DNA of 62,278 nt from an uncultured Nitrososphaerota archaeon. Lineage in GTDB: Archaea > Asgardarchaeota > Njordarchaeia > Njordarchaeales > Njordarchaeaceae. Every line of letters begins with the position of its first letter. Position 1 is the first letter of the stretch. Below the pieces are notes generated by a model, which saw only the letters and a list, made by a program, of their open reading frames with translations, did not search any database and was not told the DNA's origin. The position numbers and the translations under genes are program-made. Of the stretch, positions 38,596 to 47,930 are shown one piece after another. The DNA lies in NCBI GenBank assembly GCA_964518475.1, contig CAZFGR010000010.1, positions 1 to 62,278 on the forward strand. Direction: 5' to 3'.

Positions 38596-39632
38596 TCGCT
38601 CACCTTTGAACTTAAGAGAGTTACTATATAATAACCTATAACAATTAATGCCGCGATTAGGTAGAGAGCTAACTGATATGAGAAATATGCTTGTTTGTTG
38701 AGTGATCGAAAGATGTATTTCATTGATTCCCCAGCGATTATAAAGCTATATAGAAGAATTGAAGGAATAGATACTTTGTCCCTCAAATGATTTTTATTTC
38801 CTACTTTTTTGACCCATCTTATCACATTTGAAACCAGTGATAATCCAATAAGAGCAATGTAAGCTACGAAGATATTTGTATTATAGACTAGTGATATGTA
38901 GATAAAAACCATGAACAGAACTACTTCTATTGCATAAATTTGTTTTCTGGGTACAATCACCGAAGGATCGTACTCCTTCGCACCCTCATATATTAGCAAT
39001 AAGAAATCACCTAAACCGCTAACAGCAGCCATCATTAATGCTAATTTATATGAAAATTCAACGGCATGTTGGAAAAATTCCCAGAAAAATGATAACATCC
39101 ATTGAGTCGCTATTATGTAAACATACAGGACCACTTTAAAAACGAGCAAAAATAGCAATACAGCCAAACCGATAAAAATAGAGGGGTTTCTTTTCAATCT
39201 CTCTGCAATCTTGTATGGTATTATAATGGAGAAAAAAATCACTGCAAACAGGGGAGTGACTAGTGGAAGTATTAGTGAGAAAAAAGTTACTATCGTTATG
39301 GTTGCAAAAAAGAAAGCTCTTGAAATAGATAGATATTCAAATTCACTTATGAGTTTACTGATCGATTTGACGTGACTGTCGTAATATAGAAGCATTAAAG
39401 CGATCCATGGAAAAATAATAACACAGATTGCTAAGAAACCGTCTATAATAGGTGAACCAACTATCTCCCAATTGCTTAATAATAATCGTGTTAACCATAT
39501 AGAATAAATTACAATAGATACAGTTATGATTGCAAAAACTATTTGTCCCAGATTCTCAAACAGCTCTTCTGCATTCTCTCCCATGGCTAACGCCAACGAT
39601 AAAAAACTTATAATGATCATTACTGGAATCAC
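38592..39632 (-). CDS. Multi-pass membrane protein
   Basis: About 10 hydrophobic segments; 4-bp overlap with map. Confidence 0.75.
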   Translation of the reverse strand: MIPVMIIISFLSLALAMGENAEELFENLGQIVFAIITVSIVIYSIWLTRLLLSNWEIVGSPIIDGFLAICVIIFPWIALMLLYYDSHVKSISKLISEFEYLSISRAFFFATITIVTFFSLILPLVTPLFAVIFFSIIIPYKIAERLKRNPSIFIGLAVLLFLLVFKVVLYVYIIATQWMLSFFWEFFQHAVEFSYKLALMMAAVSGLGDFLLLIYEGAKEYDPSVIVPRKQIYAIEVVLFMVFIYISLVYNTNIFVAYIALIGLSLVSNVIRWVKKVGNKNHLRDKVSIPSILLYSFIIAGESMKYIFRSLNKQAYFSYQLALYLIAALIVIGYYIVTLLSSKVSE

Positions 39633-39648
39633 TCATTAGTAAAGCAGT

Positions 39649-39731
39649 GCGGGGGTTCCCGAGTGGACAAAGGGGCCTGGTTCAGGCCCAGGTGGCGCAG
39701 GCCTTCGCGGGTTCGAATCCCGCCCCCCGCA
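39649..39731 (+). tRNA. tRNA-Leu(CAG), CCA not encoded
   Basis: GCGGGGG...CCTGG TTCAGGC CCAGG, long variable arm, TTCGAATCCCGC CCCCCGC A. Confidence 0.96.
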
Positions 39732-39772
39732 CTATAAGAGCAAGCTCTTTATAATACTAATGATCATCCTCT

Positions 39773-39839
39773 CACATGATGAGCGGGCTACAATTTGAGG
39801 AGTTATCTCCGATGATATATTGAGAGTAAACTGATATGT
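39773..39839 (+). ncRNA. Candidate box C/D guide sRNA
   Basis: C ATGATGA (39776-82), D' TTGA (39795-98), GGAG-ttat-CTCC hairpin, C' CGATGA (39810-15), D CTGA (39831-34); TTTATAAT box about 20-25 nt upstream. Confidence 0.75.
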
Positions 39840-40840
39840 CACATCAACGTCTTTACATACACTCCTTGATTCTGAGGTTTCACTGTTAAGCAATAGAATT
39901 TCTTTTCGATATTCCTCTTTGCTGATTCGACATCTTCCCAATTTCTGAAAAGTCCAATGACACAACCCCCGATGCCCGCACCAGTAAGTTTTGCACCGAT
40001 TGCTCCATTCTCTCTCAATAGATATATTACCTCTTCTATCACATCCGAACTTACTCCGATAGCAGATAACAATCCATGATTAATGTTCATTAGATCTCCA
40101 AGGACTCTTAAATCTATTCTATTCTCTCGGAACATTGTCCAAGCTCTTTCACTTATTTCTCCTATCATCTTGAAAATCCTATTAACTATATCTGGAGCTC
40201 TTTCTCTAAGTTTCGCAACAGCCTCTACTGCTTCTTTAGTTCGTCTCTCCACTCCAGTACAGACTAAGAGGAGGGGGAAGTTCTCACTGATATCTAAGCG
40301 TTCAAAATGTGCGCCTTGTTTTGTCCTTACAAACTTGATTATCCCGCCATACGTTGCAATAAAGTTATCGATACCACTGGGATTCCCGTGTGATACTCTT
40401 TCAGCTTCATACGCAATCTCGTTTACTAGGTTTTGTGAAAAGTCTATACCAAGGTAATTAAGCAGGACTGCAGTAAAAGCTACTGCTGTAGAAGCTGAAG
40501 TCCCTAACCCAGATGCTGGTGGAGCTTTTGTAGTTATTTTTATCTCAATACAGCTTAAAAGATGAGCCTTTTGTGGAAATTTTTCGGCAATTATTTCAAG
40601 GACCCTTTTAAATGGTTTAAAAATCAGCGGAGTTTTCTCGTACGAGTTAGGATTCCAGCTAATACCATAGTTTTCTGAAATTATATTTACGCCTTCTTTA
40701 TCGGATTCTTTCAATATAACCTCTGTTCCTAAATCTAATGCCATGGCAATAGCTGGATAACCATAAACTACAGCATGCTCCCCAAACAAAATAATCTTAC
40801 AGGGAGAAAATGCTTTAAGGATCTCTGGCATACTTATCAC
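39839..40840 (-). CDS. mvk: Mevalonate kinase
   Basis: PCKIILFGEHAVVYG, PPASGLGTSAS, HGNPSGID, KLTGAGIGG. Confidence 0.96.
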   Translation of the reverse strand: MISMPEILKAFSPCKIILFGEHAVVYGYPAIAMALDLGTEVILKESDKEGVNIISENYGISWNPNSYEKTPLIFKPFKRVLEIIAEKFPQKAHLLSCIEIKITTKAPPASGLGTSASTAVAFTAVLLNYLGIDFSQNLVNEIAYEAERVSHGNPSGIDNFIATYGGIIKFVRTKQGAHFERLDISENFPLLLVCTGVERRTKEAVEAVAKLRERAPDIVNRIFKMIGEISERAWTMFRENRIDLRVLGDLMNINHGLLSAIGVSSDVIEEVIYLLRENGAIGAKLTGAGIGGCVIGLFRNWEDVESAKRNIEKKFYCLTVKPQNQGVYVKTLM

Positions 40841-41383
40841 TCATTTCAATAAAGCCAATGCAATTTTCTCCATTATTATTTTCTTTATTGCTGTCCTTGT
40901 ATCCTCATAAGATCTTTTAACAGCATCAATTTCCCGAAATGAAATATTATGCTTACGAATTATATCATCTATATGTGGCTTACACTGGTTTTCATACTCA
41001 CTTATTTCTTCAAAAACTTTACTTTCCTTTAAAAACACCTTAATATTTTCCAAATCTACAGTTGCGTCTTTCTCCAAAAAAATGATTATTGCATATTGTT
41101 CACCTTCTCTTAACTTAAAGAAATCTAACGTTTCTCTAATCTGGTCTTTCCCCGCTAGTCTTAACAAGAGCTCTATATGTGGTTTTTTAGCTCTATTTAT
41201 TCCGCTTTCAAAATCTTTGAGAGCAATATAAATCGCATATTGCATGATCTCGTAATCGATAACTATCCAACAAGGTATTAGAGCTATATACACACGTTTC
41301 TTCTCAAAGTCACTAATAATGGTTTCCACCATAGCAACGTCCCTTAATACTCCATAAAGAATACCTCCTAAGCGATACTTCAT
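40841..41383 (-). CDS. cgi121: KEOPS complex subunit Cgi121
   Basis: NRAKKPHIELLLRLAGKDQIRE; C-terminal MEKIAL. Confidence 0.85.
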   Translation of the reverse strand: MKYRLGGILYGVLRDVAMVETIISDFEKKRVYIALIPCWIVIDYEIMQYAIYIALKDFESGINRAKKPHIELLLRLAGKDQIRETLDFFKLREGEQYAIIIFLEKDATVDLENIKVFLKESKVFEEISEYENQCKPHIDDIIRKHNISFREIDAVKRSYEDTRTAIKKIIMEKIALALLK

Positions 41384-41499
41384 TCTGATCTCCTGGTTAA
41401 TACCTCAATATTACTCTAGACATATTAGGAAGAGACATCCTCTTTTAAACATATGATGCGAAACTATAATACTGCATAATTTCCCGCAGGGAATTTGAA

Positions 41500-41682
41500 A
41501 TGCGCATGAAACTAGTTACAGTTCATCTTCCCGAAAAATTCTTGGAAGCACTTGACACTTTAGTAGCTGAGGGAAGATATCCGAATAGGAGCGAAATCAT
41601 ACGAATCGCTATAAGAGAATTCCTAAGAGAAGAATTTTGGGCTACTAAACAACTAAACAAAAAGAAGAAGGAAAATTCCTAA
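41500..41682 (+). CDS. RHH transcription factor (CdrS/aCcr1-like)
   Basis: [40 protein letters not shown]. Confidence 0.9.
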   Translation: MRMKLVTVHLPEKFLEALDTLVAEGRYPNRSEIIRIAIREFLREEFWATKQLNKKKKENS

Positions 41683-41730
41683 GAGCTAACTCCCGTTTAT
41701 ATTACTGTAAACTACTCAAACACAATGCTA

Positions 41731-43578
41731 TCATGCGGGCCTACCTAAATTCTCCCATTGAACACGTTGCAGAAAATATGCCCTCACGTATTCTTCAACA
41801 TTTTTATAAATCTTGGTAAGGAGTTGTTTCAAGTCGATAGTAACAATGCCTAGCTCATCCTCTACTTCTCTATATTTATTAAGCGATCCTATCTTACCTT
41901 GATAGAGCAATAATTTCAGAATCTTTTTCGGGTTATCTTCTAGGCGTTTTAGTATTTTTGGATTAATATTATAAGTTTCAGCAATTTTTCTAATGTGTTC
42001 TTCATCAAGTTTCTTGGCAAGATGTACTACAGTTTTTCCCTTTGCTAGAGTAACTCCTAGTACATCAATGAAATCTCTTCCTACAATTTCCAGTACTTCT
42101 TGCTTACTAATTGCTCTAGAAATGGGAATAGGCTCTATCGGAACTTTTAGTTTCAAAGAACTGTTTGAGAAATCGATGTATTCTGTAGGTATTACATGGA
42201 GGTAATTTTCTAGTATTTCTTCATACAAGATGGGGAGTTTGTACTTTAAGCAGAATGAGAAGAGATTACTAGGTCTTAAAGCAGTACGCTCGGTTATATC
42301 AAGTTCCTTAAGTCCACGCATAATTATTAGTCTTAATCCCCAGATAGGATCTGTTTTGTCTATTTTCCCTAGTTTTAAAAGCACATTTTGCCGATACTTA
42401 GATATAACATTAAGCAAATGTCTAACGAATTGAATAGAAGGTTCTGGTTCTTTATTGATGTCTCTCTTAAGGAGAACAAGACAGAAACCAATTGTAGGTA
42501 TTAATGTTTGAGCTTGAACAATATACTCATGTTCATCCAGGGTTAATTGTGCTCCTAGAATCTCTTTTTCATTAAAAATTTTCAATGCTGGTGCCTTAAA
42601 TACATTCTCATATTTTTTCAACAATTTTTCTGAAGCCGCAATAACTCTTTTTTCATGATCAATAGTAGTTTCTGTTGGCTTGTAAATCAGAAATCCTACT
42701 CTCTCATACTCCGGCTTTAAAATAGTACTAACTTTTCTTGATAGAAGATTTTTTTCCTTCAAAAAGTCCCTAAGAGTTGTTATTAATAATTTTTCTTCGT
42801 CTACATTTAATTCTTCCAGAATTTTTTGCTTTAGATCCTCCGCATTTTTTGCACTAAATTCTATACCTATTAATGGAAATAGTTTGTTAAAAATATCTGG
42901 TGTAGCTATTTTTTCACGCAAAATTTCCAACAAGATATTTTTGAGATTTTTTGTGATGTAAACTCCCGAAACGATTATTCCTTGTGCGTCTTCAGAAACT
43001 CCTATAATGGCTTTATAACCTAGTAGATTCCACGCATTCTCAATTATTTTGACAGGAGGATTAGCTAATAGGATGAAGAAAGTAATTTCGCCGAGAACAT
43101 TAACTATCGTCCTTTTTTCATCTTCTAGAATAGCTCTTTGATCTTGTGTTGCTTGTTCTAGAAGTTGGTTAAACTCTTTTAATACATTCTTAAGCTCCTT
43201 TGCCAACTTAAGAAGTTTTTCTGAAGAAACAGTAAGAACCCCTAAGACATCCTTCAATGACTTATTCTTATTGAAAAAATTAGTTAGCGATTCTTTGAGA
43301 AGGAGAAGTAATTGTTGAGCTTCTAATATTTTTTTAACGTGCTCAGGTTCAATCTTTTTGACTTCCTCTTTAAGTTTCTCGTACGTATCCTCTAAGTAAT
43401 CCAATTTTTTCCGAATTTTAGCGATAAAATCTATTAATTCGTCTAATTCCTTCAGCGAAAGAACTTTTCTTGCCTCCTTTAATAGAGTGTCTAGATATTT
43501 AAACTCCAATTCAAGCTCGCTTAGTATTCTTTTTTTCTTTTTGTATTCTATGATGTTTTGTAGTAATTGGGAATTCAT
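41731..43578 (-). CDS. Large hypothetical protein with N-terminal coiled coil
   Basis: 615-aa ORF, Glu/Lys/Leu-rich heptads in the N-terminal third. Confidence 0.75.
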   Translation of the reverse strand: MNSQLLQNIIEYKKKKRILSELELEFKYLDTLLKEARKVLSLKELDELIDFIAKIRKKLDYLEDTYEKLKEEVKKIEPEHVKKILEAQQLLLLLKESLTNFFNKNKSLKDVLGVLTVSSEKLLKLAKELKNVLKEFNQLLEQATQDQRAILEDEKRTIVNVLGEITFFILLANPPVKIIENAWNLLGYKAIIGVSEDAQGIIVSGVYITKNLKNILLEILREKIATPDIFNKLFPLIGIEFSAKNAEDLKQKILEELNVDEEKLLITTLRDFLKEKNLLSRKVSTILKPEYERVGFLIYKPTETTIDHEKRVIAASEKLLKKYENVFKAPALKIFNEKEILGAQLTLDEHEYIVQAQTLIPTIGFCLVLLKRDINKEPEPSIQFVRHLLNVISKYRQNVLLKLGKIDKTDPIWGLRLIIMRGLKELDITERTALRPSNLFSFCLKYKLPILYEEILENYLHVIPTEYIDFSNSSLKLKVPIEPIPISRAISKQEVLEIVGRDFIDVLGVTLAKGKTVVHLAKKLDEEHIRKIAETYNINPKILKRLEDNPKKILKLLLYQGKIGSLNKYREVEDELGIVTIDLKQLLTKIYKNVEEYVRAYFLQRVQWENLGRPA

Positions 43579-43599
43579 TGTTGCTCATCCTAACAGGGT

Positions 43600-44514
43600 C
43601 TATTTTAACTTGTTATGATGCATTGTCATGCTTACTTGCTTAAGTATTTTATACCTCCTTTCATTTAATAGGAATATTAACCTATAAAGATTCTTCATCA
43701 GCACTTCCTCAATATCAAGTCTTGTTCTATCGCAAAACAATGCTTCTCTGGAAATTAGTTTTCCCTCAACCAGTAGCGATGCTAGTGCATTAGCATATGA
43801 GATGCTTTCCTTTAAATCTTTAGATTCATAGAGCTTTAAAAAGAAAGCAGTAATGAACGCATCACCAGCTCCTGTTGGATCTCCAGATACTTTATAAGCT
43901 GGCGCATATACCTTTATTCTTTTCACTCGATCATATAGAATAGCTCCTTTATCACCTAATGTGATAACAAATATACGTCCCAGCATTCGCCTTATTACTC
44001 TGTATTCCTCTAATGATGCCTTCACTATCATTGCATCATTTAAAATTGCAAGAACATCATTCCCAGGAGAATTCAGGAAAATTTTTCCATCATTATCGAC
44101 CATTCTAACAAAGCCTTGAACATCGATTGCTACCCACTCATACTTGCTTACTATCTTATCTACGATATTTAACGAAAACTCATTAATAACCGGATTCAAT
44201 ATAATAGGAGCTTTAGGAGGCAAATAAGAAATTTGAGACCAAGAAACTTCTTGAATATATTGTGTATAAAGCCAGGAGACCCTCTTCTCACCCATGTAAC
44301 TATGCTTAAACCTTATCGTTTTAGGAAGAAATATTAGGTTTCCTCCAAATGGGATCTTTTGGCAAAAATCTTCTCCTATAGTTCCTATCACATACGGTTC
44401 CCAACCCATAATCTTAGCTACTATGGAACAGAAAAACGCAGGTCCTCCCACTCTAATTATGTTGTTTATCTCATCAATTGTATAGCTACCAATGACCACC
44501 ACTCTACGGCTCAT
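43600..44514 (-). CDS. PfkB family carbohydrate kinase
   Basis: GGPAFF, DVQGFVR, ITLGDKGA, DPTGAGDAF. Confidence 0.92.
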   Translation of the reverse strand: MSRRVVVIGSYTIDEINNIIRVGGPAFFCSIVAKIMGWEPYVIGTIGEDFCQKIPFGGNLIFLPKTIRFKHSYMGEKRVSWLYTQYIQEVSWSQISYLPPKAPIILNPVINEFSLNIVDKIVSKYEWVAIDVQGFVRMVDNDGKIFLNSPGNDVLAILNDAMIVKASLEEYRVIRRMLGRIFVITLGDKGAILYDRVKRIKVYAPAYKVSGDPTGAGDAFITAFFLKLYESKDLKESISYANALASLLVEGKLISREALFCDRTRLDIEEVLMKNLYRLIFLLNERRYKILKQVSMTMHHNKLK

Positions 44515-44655
44515 AAATTATCGAAACTCACTAAGTTTTATTTATAGATTTTCTTGAAAAGAAAACACCTTTAAAAACACATTACACAGATATGAATAAT
44601 CTATAAAGGATATCGTTAGGAGAGCGTCACTGCTGAAGAAATAGGTGCTAACTTA

Positions 44656-45183
44656 ATGGATGTTATAAAACATGTACATACAAACGCTAAAAAGACCCAT
44701 ACCGAGAAGCACTCCACTACAACTCTGCTCTCCTATGGTAGCTTCCTAATAGATGGAGCCTTATTCCGAGTAAAAAACCCCAAAATAAGAAGATGGTTAG
44801 AGAAATTCCTTGAAAAACACTCTGAAGAGCTAGGAATAAAAGTATTAATAAGAACTAATCCTTATAAAACTCTACAGATTCTCTGGTCTGAGTACTTGAG
44901 AATCGCTCTAAAAGGGCATAATCTAAGAACATTTCTACAGATTACTAACAAACTCGAAGAATTATCATGCACAAGTGAAGATGAACATTACATGGTAAAA
45001 GGTGTTCGCGTGATTCCACTAGCTCCAGCATGGGTTCCGGAAAACCGCGTTTTAATAGATTTAATTTTAGAGTACCTAGCTGGGAGAATAGATGAAGCTC
45101 TAGCAAAACGAGTATTTTATAGTGCTTTCTTAAAACTATTCAGACGCGAAGAATTAGTTTCTTTACCTCAATCACTATCATAA
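44656..45183 (+). CDS. Hypothetical protein
   Basis: 175-aa ORF with AGGTG SD. Confidence 0.6.
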   Translation: MDVIKHVHTNAKKTHTEKHSTTTLLSYGSFLIDGALFRVKNPKIRRWLEKFLEKHSEELGIKVLIRTNPYKTLQILWSEYLRIALKGHNLRTFLQITNKLEELSCTSEDEHYMVKGVRVIPLAPAWVPENRVLIDLILEYLAGRIDEALAKRVFYSAFLKLFRREELVSLPQSLS

Positions 45184-45224
45184 CGATTCCCTAAATACAT
45201 TTTCTTCTCAGATTTACTAGGTTT

Positions 45225-45920
45225 GTGATAATTATGAAAAAATATGATCTTTGCATTCAATTACTACTAGACAAATTGGATAATTCTAATAGCTTTTTAG
45301 TAATGGGGATTGATGAGGCGGGAAGAGGTCCCGTTATAGGCCCGTTAGTTATGTGTGGCCTTGTTACGAATGCTGATACCATTATAGACATGCTAAAAGC
45401 GGATTTAAGGGATTCTAAAGAGTTAACACCTACGAAAAGAGAAAAACTTTATATGTACATACTAAGTCTCCCTGCCTTGATTTTGATTGTAGAAGCTTGG
45501 CCTCCAGTTATTGATCAATGGATATCCTCTGGGAGAAATCTAAACGAGCTAGAAGCATTTATGGCTTCTCAAATTATAGAACACGCTCATGCTCGTTATG
45601 GCAAAATAAAATATATTTTTATAGACGCCCCATCTACTCCCAAAAGTTTTCTTAATCATCTCTCAAAATTCATAACCATTCCTAATTTACAAATCATAGC
45701 AGAAGAAAAAGCAGATAAAAATCGTCCCATTGTTTCTGCGGCATCAATAGTTGCTAAGCATATAAGGGACAAAAGAATAAAGGAGATATCCAAGATCGTA
45801 GGATACGATATTGGTAGTGGATATCCTAGTGATCCGAAGACTAGGAAGATCCTTGAAAAAATGATAGCGACTCATCCCGAATTTGTTAGAAGAAGCTGGA
45901 AGACCGTGAAAAATATTTAA
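45225..45920 (+). CDS. rnhB: Ribonuclease HII
   Basis: GIDEAGRGPVIGP, DSKEL, VSAASIVAK, GSGYPSDP. Confidence 0.97.
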   Translation: MIIMKKYDLCIQLLLDKLDNSNSFLVMGIDEAGRGPVIGPLVMCGLVTNADTIIDMLKADLRDSKELTPTKREKLYMYILSLPALILIVEAWPPVIDQWISSGRNLNELEAFMASQIIEHAHARYGKIKYIFIDAPSTPKSFLNHLSKFITIPNLQIIAEEKADKNRPIVSAASIVAKHIRDKRIKEISKIVGYDIGSGYPSDPKTRKILEKMIATHPEFVRRSWKTVKNI

Positions 45921-46376
45921 TCATGCTCGCTTCTCTAATTGCTCTAATTGTCTCCTAAGCTGTTCAATTTCATCTTGCAACTTATTTATCATTTCTTGCA
46001 CTTGTGTTAACATCTGCCTAGCATTTTCTATGGACTTGCGTACTGCTCTTTCTTTATTATTCATTTTCTCAATAGCCTCTTCTAAAGTCATGGGTAAGGC
46101 TAGTTCTGCTCCTATATCAACTAATACTTTCTCTTCAACAGTAATCTCTCCCCTAACAAAAACTCCGGCTCCCAAATTTATGAGACCAGATAATTTTTTC
46201 TCTGGATTTTTTACAAGCTCTTTTAATGCTTGTCTTGTCCTAATGATGTCGGAAAGCATTATCGTATTCGCCTCTATTAATTGCTGATAAACGCTAGCTA
46301 AGTTCTGTAATTCGAGAACTCTACTTAATCTAGTTTGCAAACTTCTTCTTAGATTGTCAATAGAGGGTTTGCTCAT
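45921..46376 (-). CDS. pfdA: Prefoldin alpha subunit
   Basis: LINLGAGVFV..KVLVDIGA hairpins between coiled coils; follows rplX. Confidence 0.93.
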   Translation of the reverse strand: MSKPSIDNLRRSLQTRLSRVLELQNLASVYQQLIEANTIMLSDIIRTRQALKELVKNPEKKLSGLINLGAGVFVRGEITVEEKVLVDIGAELALPMTLEEAIEKMNNKERAVRKSIENARQMLTQVQEMINKLQDEIEQLRRQLEQLEKRA

Positions 46377-46386
46377 AGTCTACACC

Positions 46387-46653
46387 TTAGGGCACCCATA
46401 TGGCTGGTTTATCAGCTAATGCTATTTTTCTTAATTTAAGATTCTTCATTTCTTCTGGTTGAACTTCCTTAATTTTCACTATTTCAAGTTGTAATCTTTT
46501 CAAGCCTTGCGAACCTACTTCGGAGAAGAATTTTTCTAACGCTTTCTCAAGCGATATAGCTCTAACTTCCTTTGAAACATAGAAATACCTTTTTAGTTTT
46601 CTATATCTCGCTGTTATTTTGTATGTCTTTATTTCCTGGCTCACTACAACCAC
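46387..46653 (-). CDS. rplX: 50S ribosomal protein LX (L18ae/eL20)
   Basis: KEVRAISLEKALEKFFSEVGS..LKR..LEI. Confidence 0.9.
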   Translation of the reverse strand: MVVVSQEIKTYKITARYRKLKRYFYVSKEVRAISLEKALEKFFSEVGSQGLKRLQLEIVKIKEVQPEEMKNLKLRKIALADKPAIWVP

Positions 46654-46887
46654 CCAAACTCCGTGCTTAATTAATAATTAATCAGCTTCTACGATTGAGA
46701 GGTTTTTAAATATTTTCTGCCAAAGCAGAAAACTCTAATTGCGCAATAGTGCTGGATTCGCAATTAGGAGAGGAGCTCTAATCAACGTTACTAAAACTTT
46801 ATTGGTCATTATTTAAGGATTAGGATTCCGAATCAGTATTTTGGTATAAAAAATTCGAGAACTTTTCATACTAAATTATTTGCACAA

Positions 46888-47283
46888 CTAGCTACTGCTC
46901 AAATAATAAACGGTGAGCAGTGGTATAATCACCGATAGTACTTGGGAGAAAATATAGAGTTCAACATATTTATCTATGAAAAGCACAAAATCAATTAACT
47001 CTGAGAAGATCCATATGAAGATCATATTTTGTATACTTACCACAATGAAGACACTAAGAAGCGGTATCTGGAGCCAGTGCTTAGAAATTATCTTTTCAGA
47101 TAAATAGCTTCCGACCATTAGAGCTAATAAGTATTCACCAAAAAGAACTGCTAGACCGACTGTTAATAATATGAACTCATCACCCAGTGTTGCCCCAACC
47201 TTGCAACCAAAATAGGCCTGAGGCACATATGATATTGAGAGAATGAAAAAAATTAACGCTTTTTCTTTACTACTAAGTTTCAT
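46888..47283 (-). CDS. Small membrane protein
   Basis: Four hydrophobic helices. Confidence 0.65.
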   Translation of the reverse strand: MKLSSKEKALIFFILSISYVPQAYFGCKVGATLGDEFILLTVGLAVLFGEYLLALMVGSYLSEKIISKHWLQIPLLSVFIVVSIQNMIFIWIFSELIDFVLFIDKYVELYIFSQVLSVIIPLLTVYYLSSS

Positions 47284-47298
47284 TTCTCATCCCTAAAA

Positions 47299-47865
47299 TC
47301 AATCCAAATTCTTGACTTCTTTTAACTTAAGCTCAATAATTTCATCTGCAGCATTCTTAAGGGAAACCGAAAAACCAGGTTCAAAACCCATTACTGCTGC
47401 TATAGCTCCCTCACTTTTGATTTTTTGAAGAATAGGAAGACATCGGGAGTCTCTACTTCCTATGATTATTACATCAATTGCTTCTTCTTTCAATAATCGC
47501 ATCGTCTCTACAGCCATAGCTACATGTATATCTCCAATAGGTACCACCCTCGGCTCAAATCCGCTGTTAGATAAGGCCTTTATCAAAGAAGCTGGTGCGT
47601 CGGGAGATAGAAAAGCGACCGCTACACTAATTCTTCCTAACTTCTCAGCTTGTCTCCGGATTTCTTTTAAAGATACTCTCTTTCCATTAATCTTTCTTAA
47701 TAGATTCGGACCATCAATAATAATCCCTACTTCTTTTTTGCTGTGCCTAAACAGCTTCTTCATATAACCCGATAGCCTACGTTGAATGATATCAAGAAAC
47801 GAATGGGAACTTACCTCAACTTCTTCTGTATCCCTTTCGTTTGTTTTGTCATCCATTATGACCAC
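47299..47865 (-). CDS. NYN domain protein (TIGR00288-like)
   Basis: IDGPNLLRK, GDIHVAMA, SRDSRCLP, EPGFSVSLKNAAD. Confidence 0.88.
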   Translation of the reverse strand: MVIMDDKTNERDTEEVEVSSHSFLDIIQRRLSGYMKKLFRHSKKEVGIIIDGPNLLRKINGKRVSLKEIRRQAEKLGRISVAVAFLSPDAPASLIKALSNSGFEPRVVPIGDIHVAMAVETMRLLKEEAIDVIIIGSRDSRCLPILQKIKSEGAIAAVMGFEPGFSVSLKNAADEIIELKLKEVKNLD

Positions 47866-47930
47866 ACCTCAGGAGGGAGTATAGACCTCTCCATCTAGAC
47901 TAGAATTTTTAGTAGGTAATCCTTTGAGTG

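Noticed and set aside
39783-39794. 12-nt identity of the sRNA D' guide to 16S rRNA (GCGGGCTACAAT)
   Set aside because: It is the same sense as 16S, so it cannot pair from the strand carrying the C/D boxes
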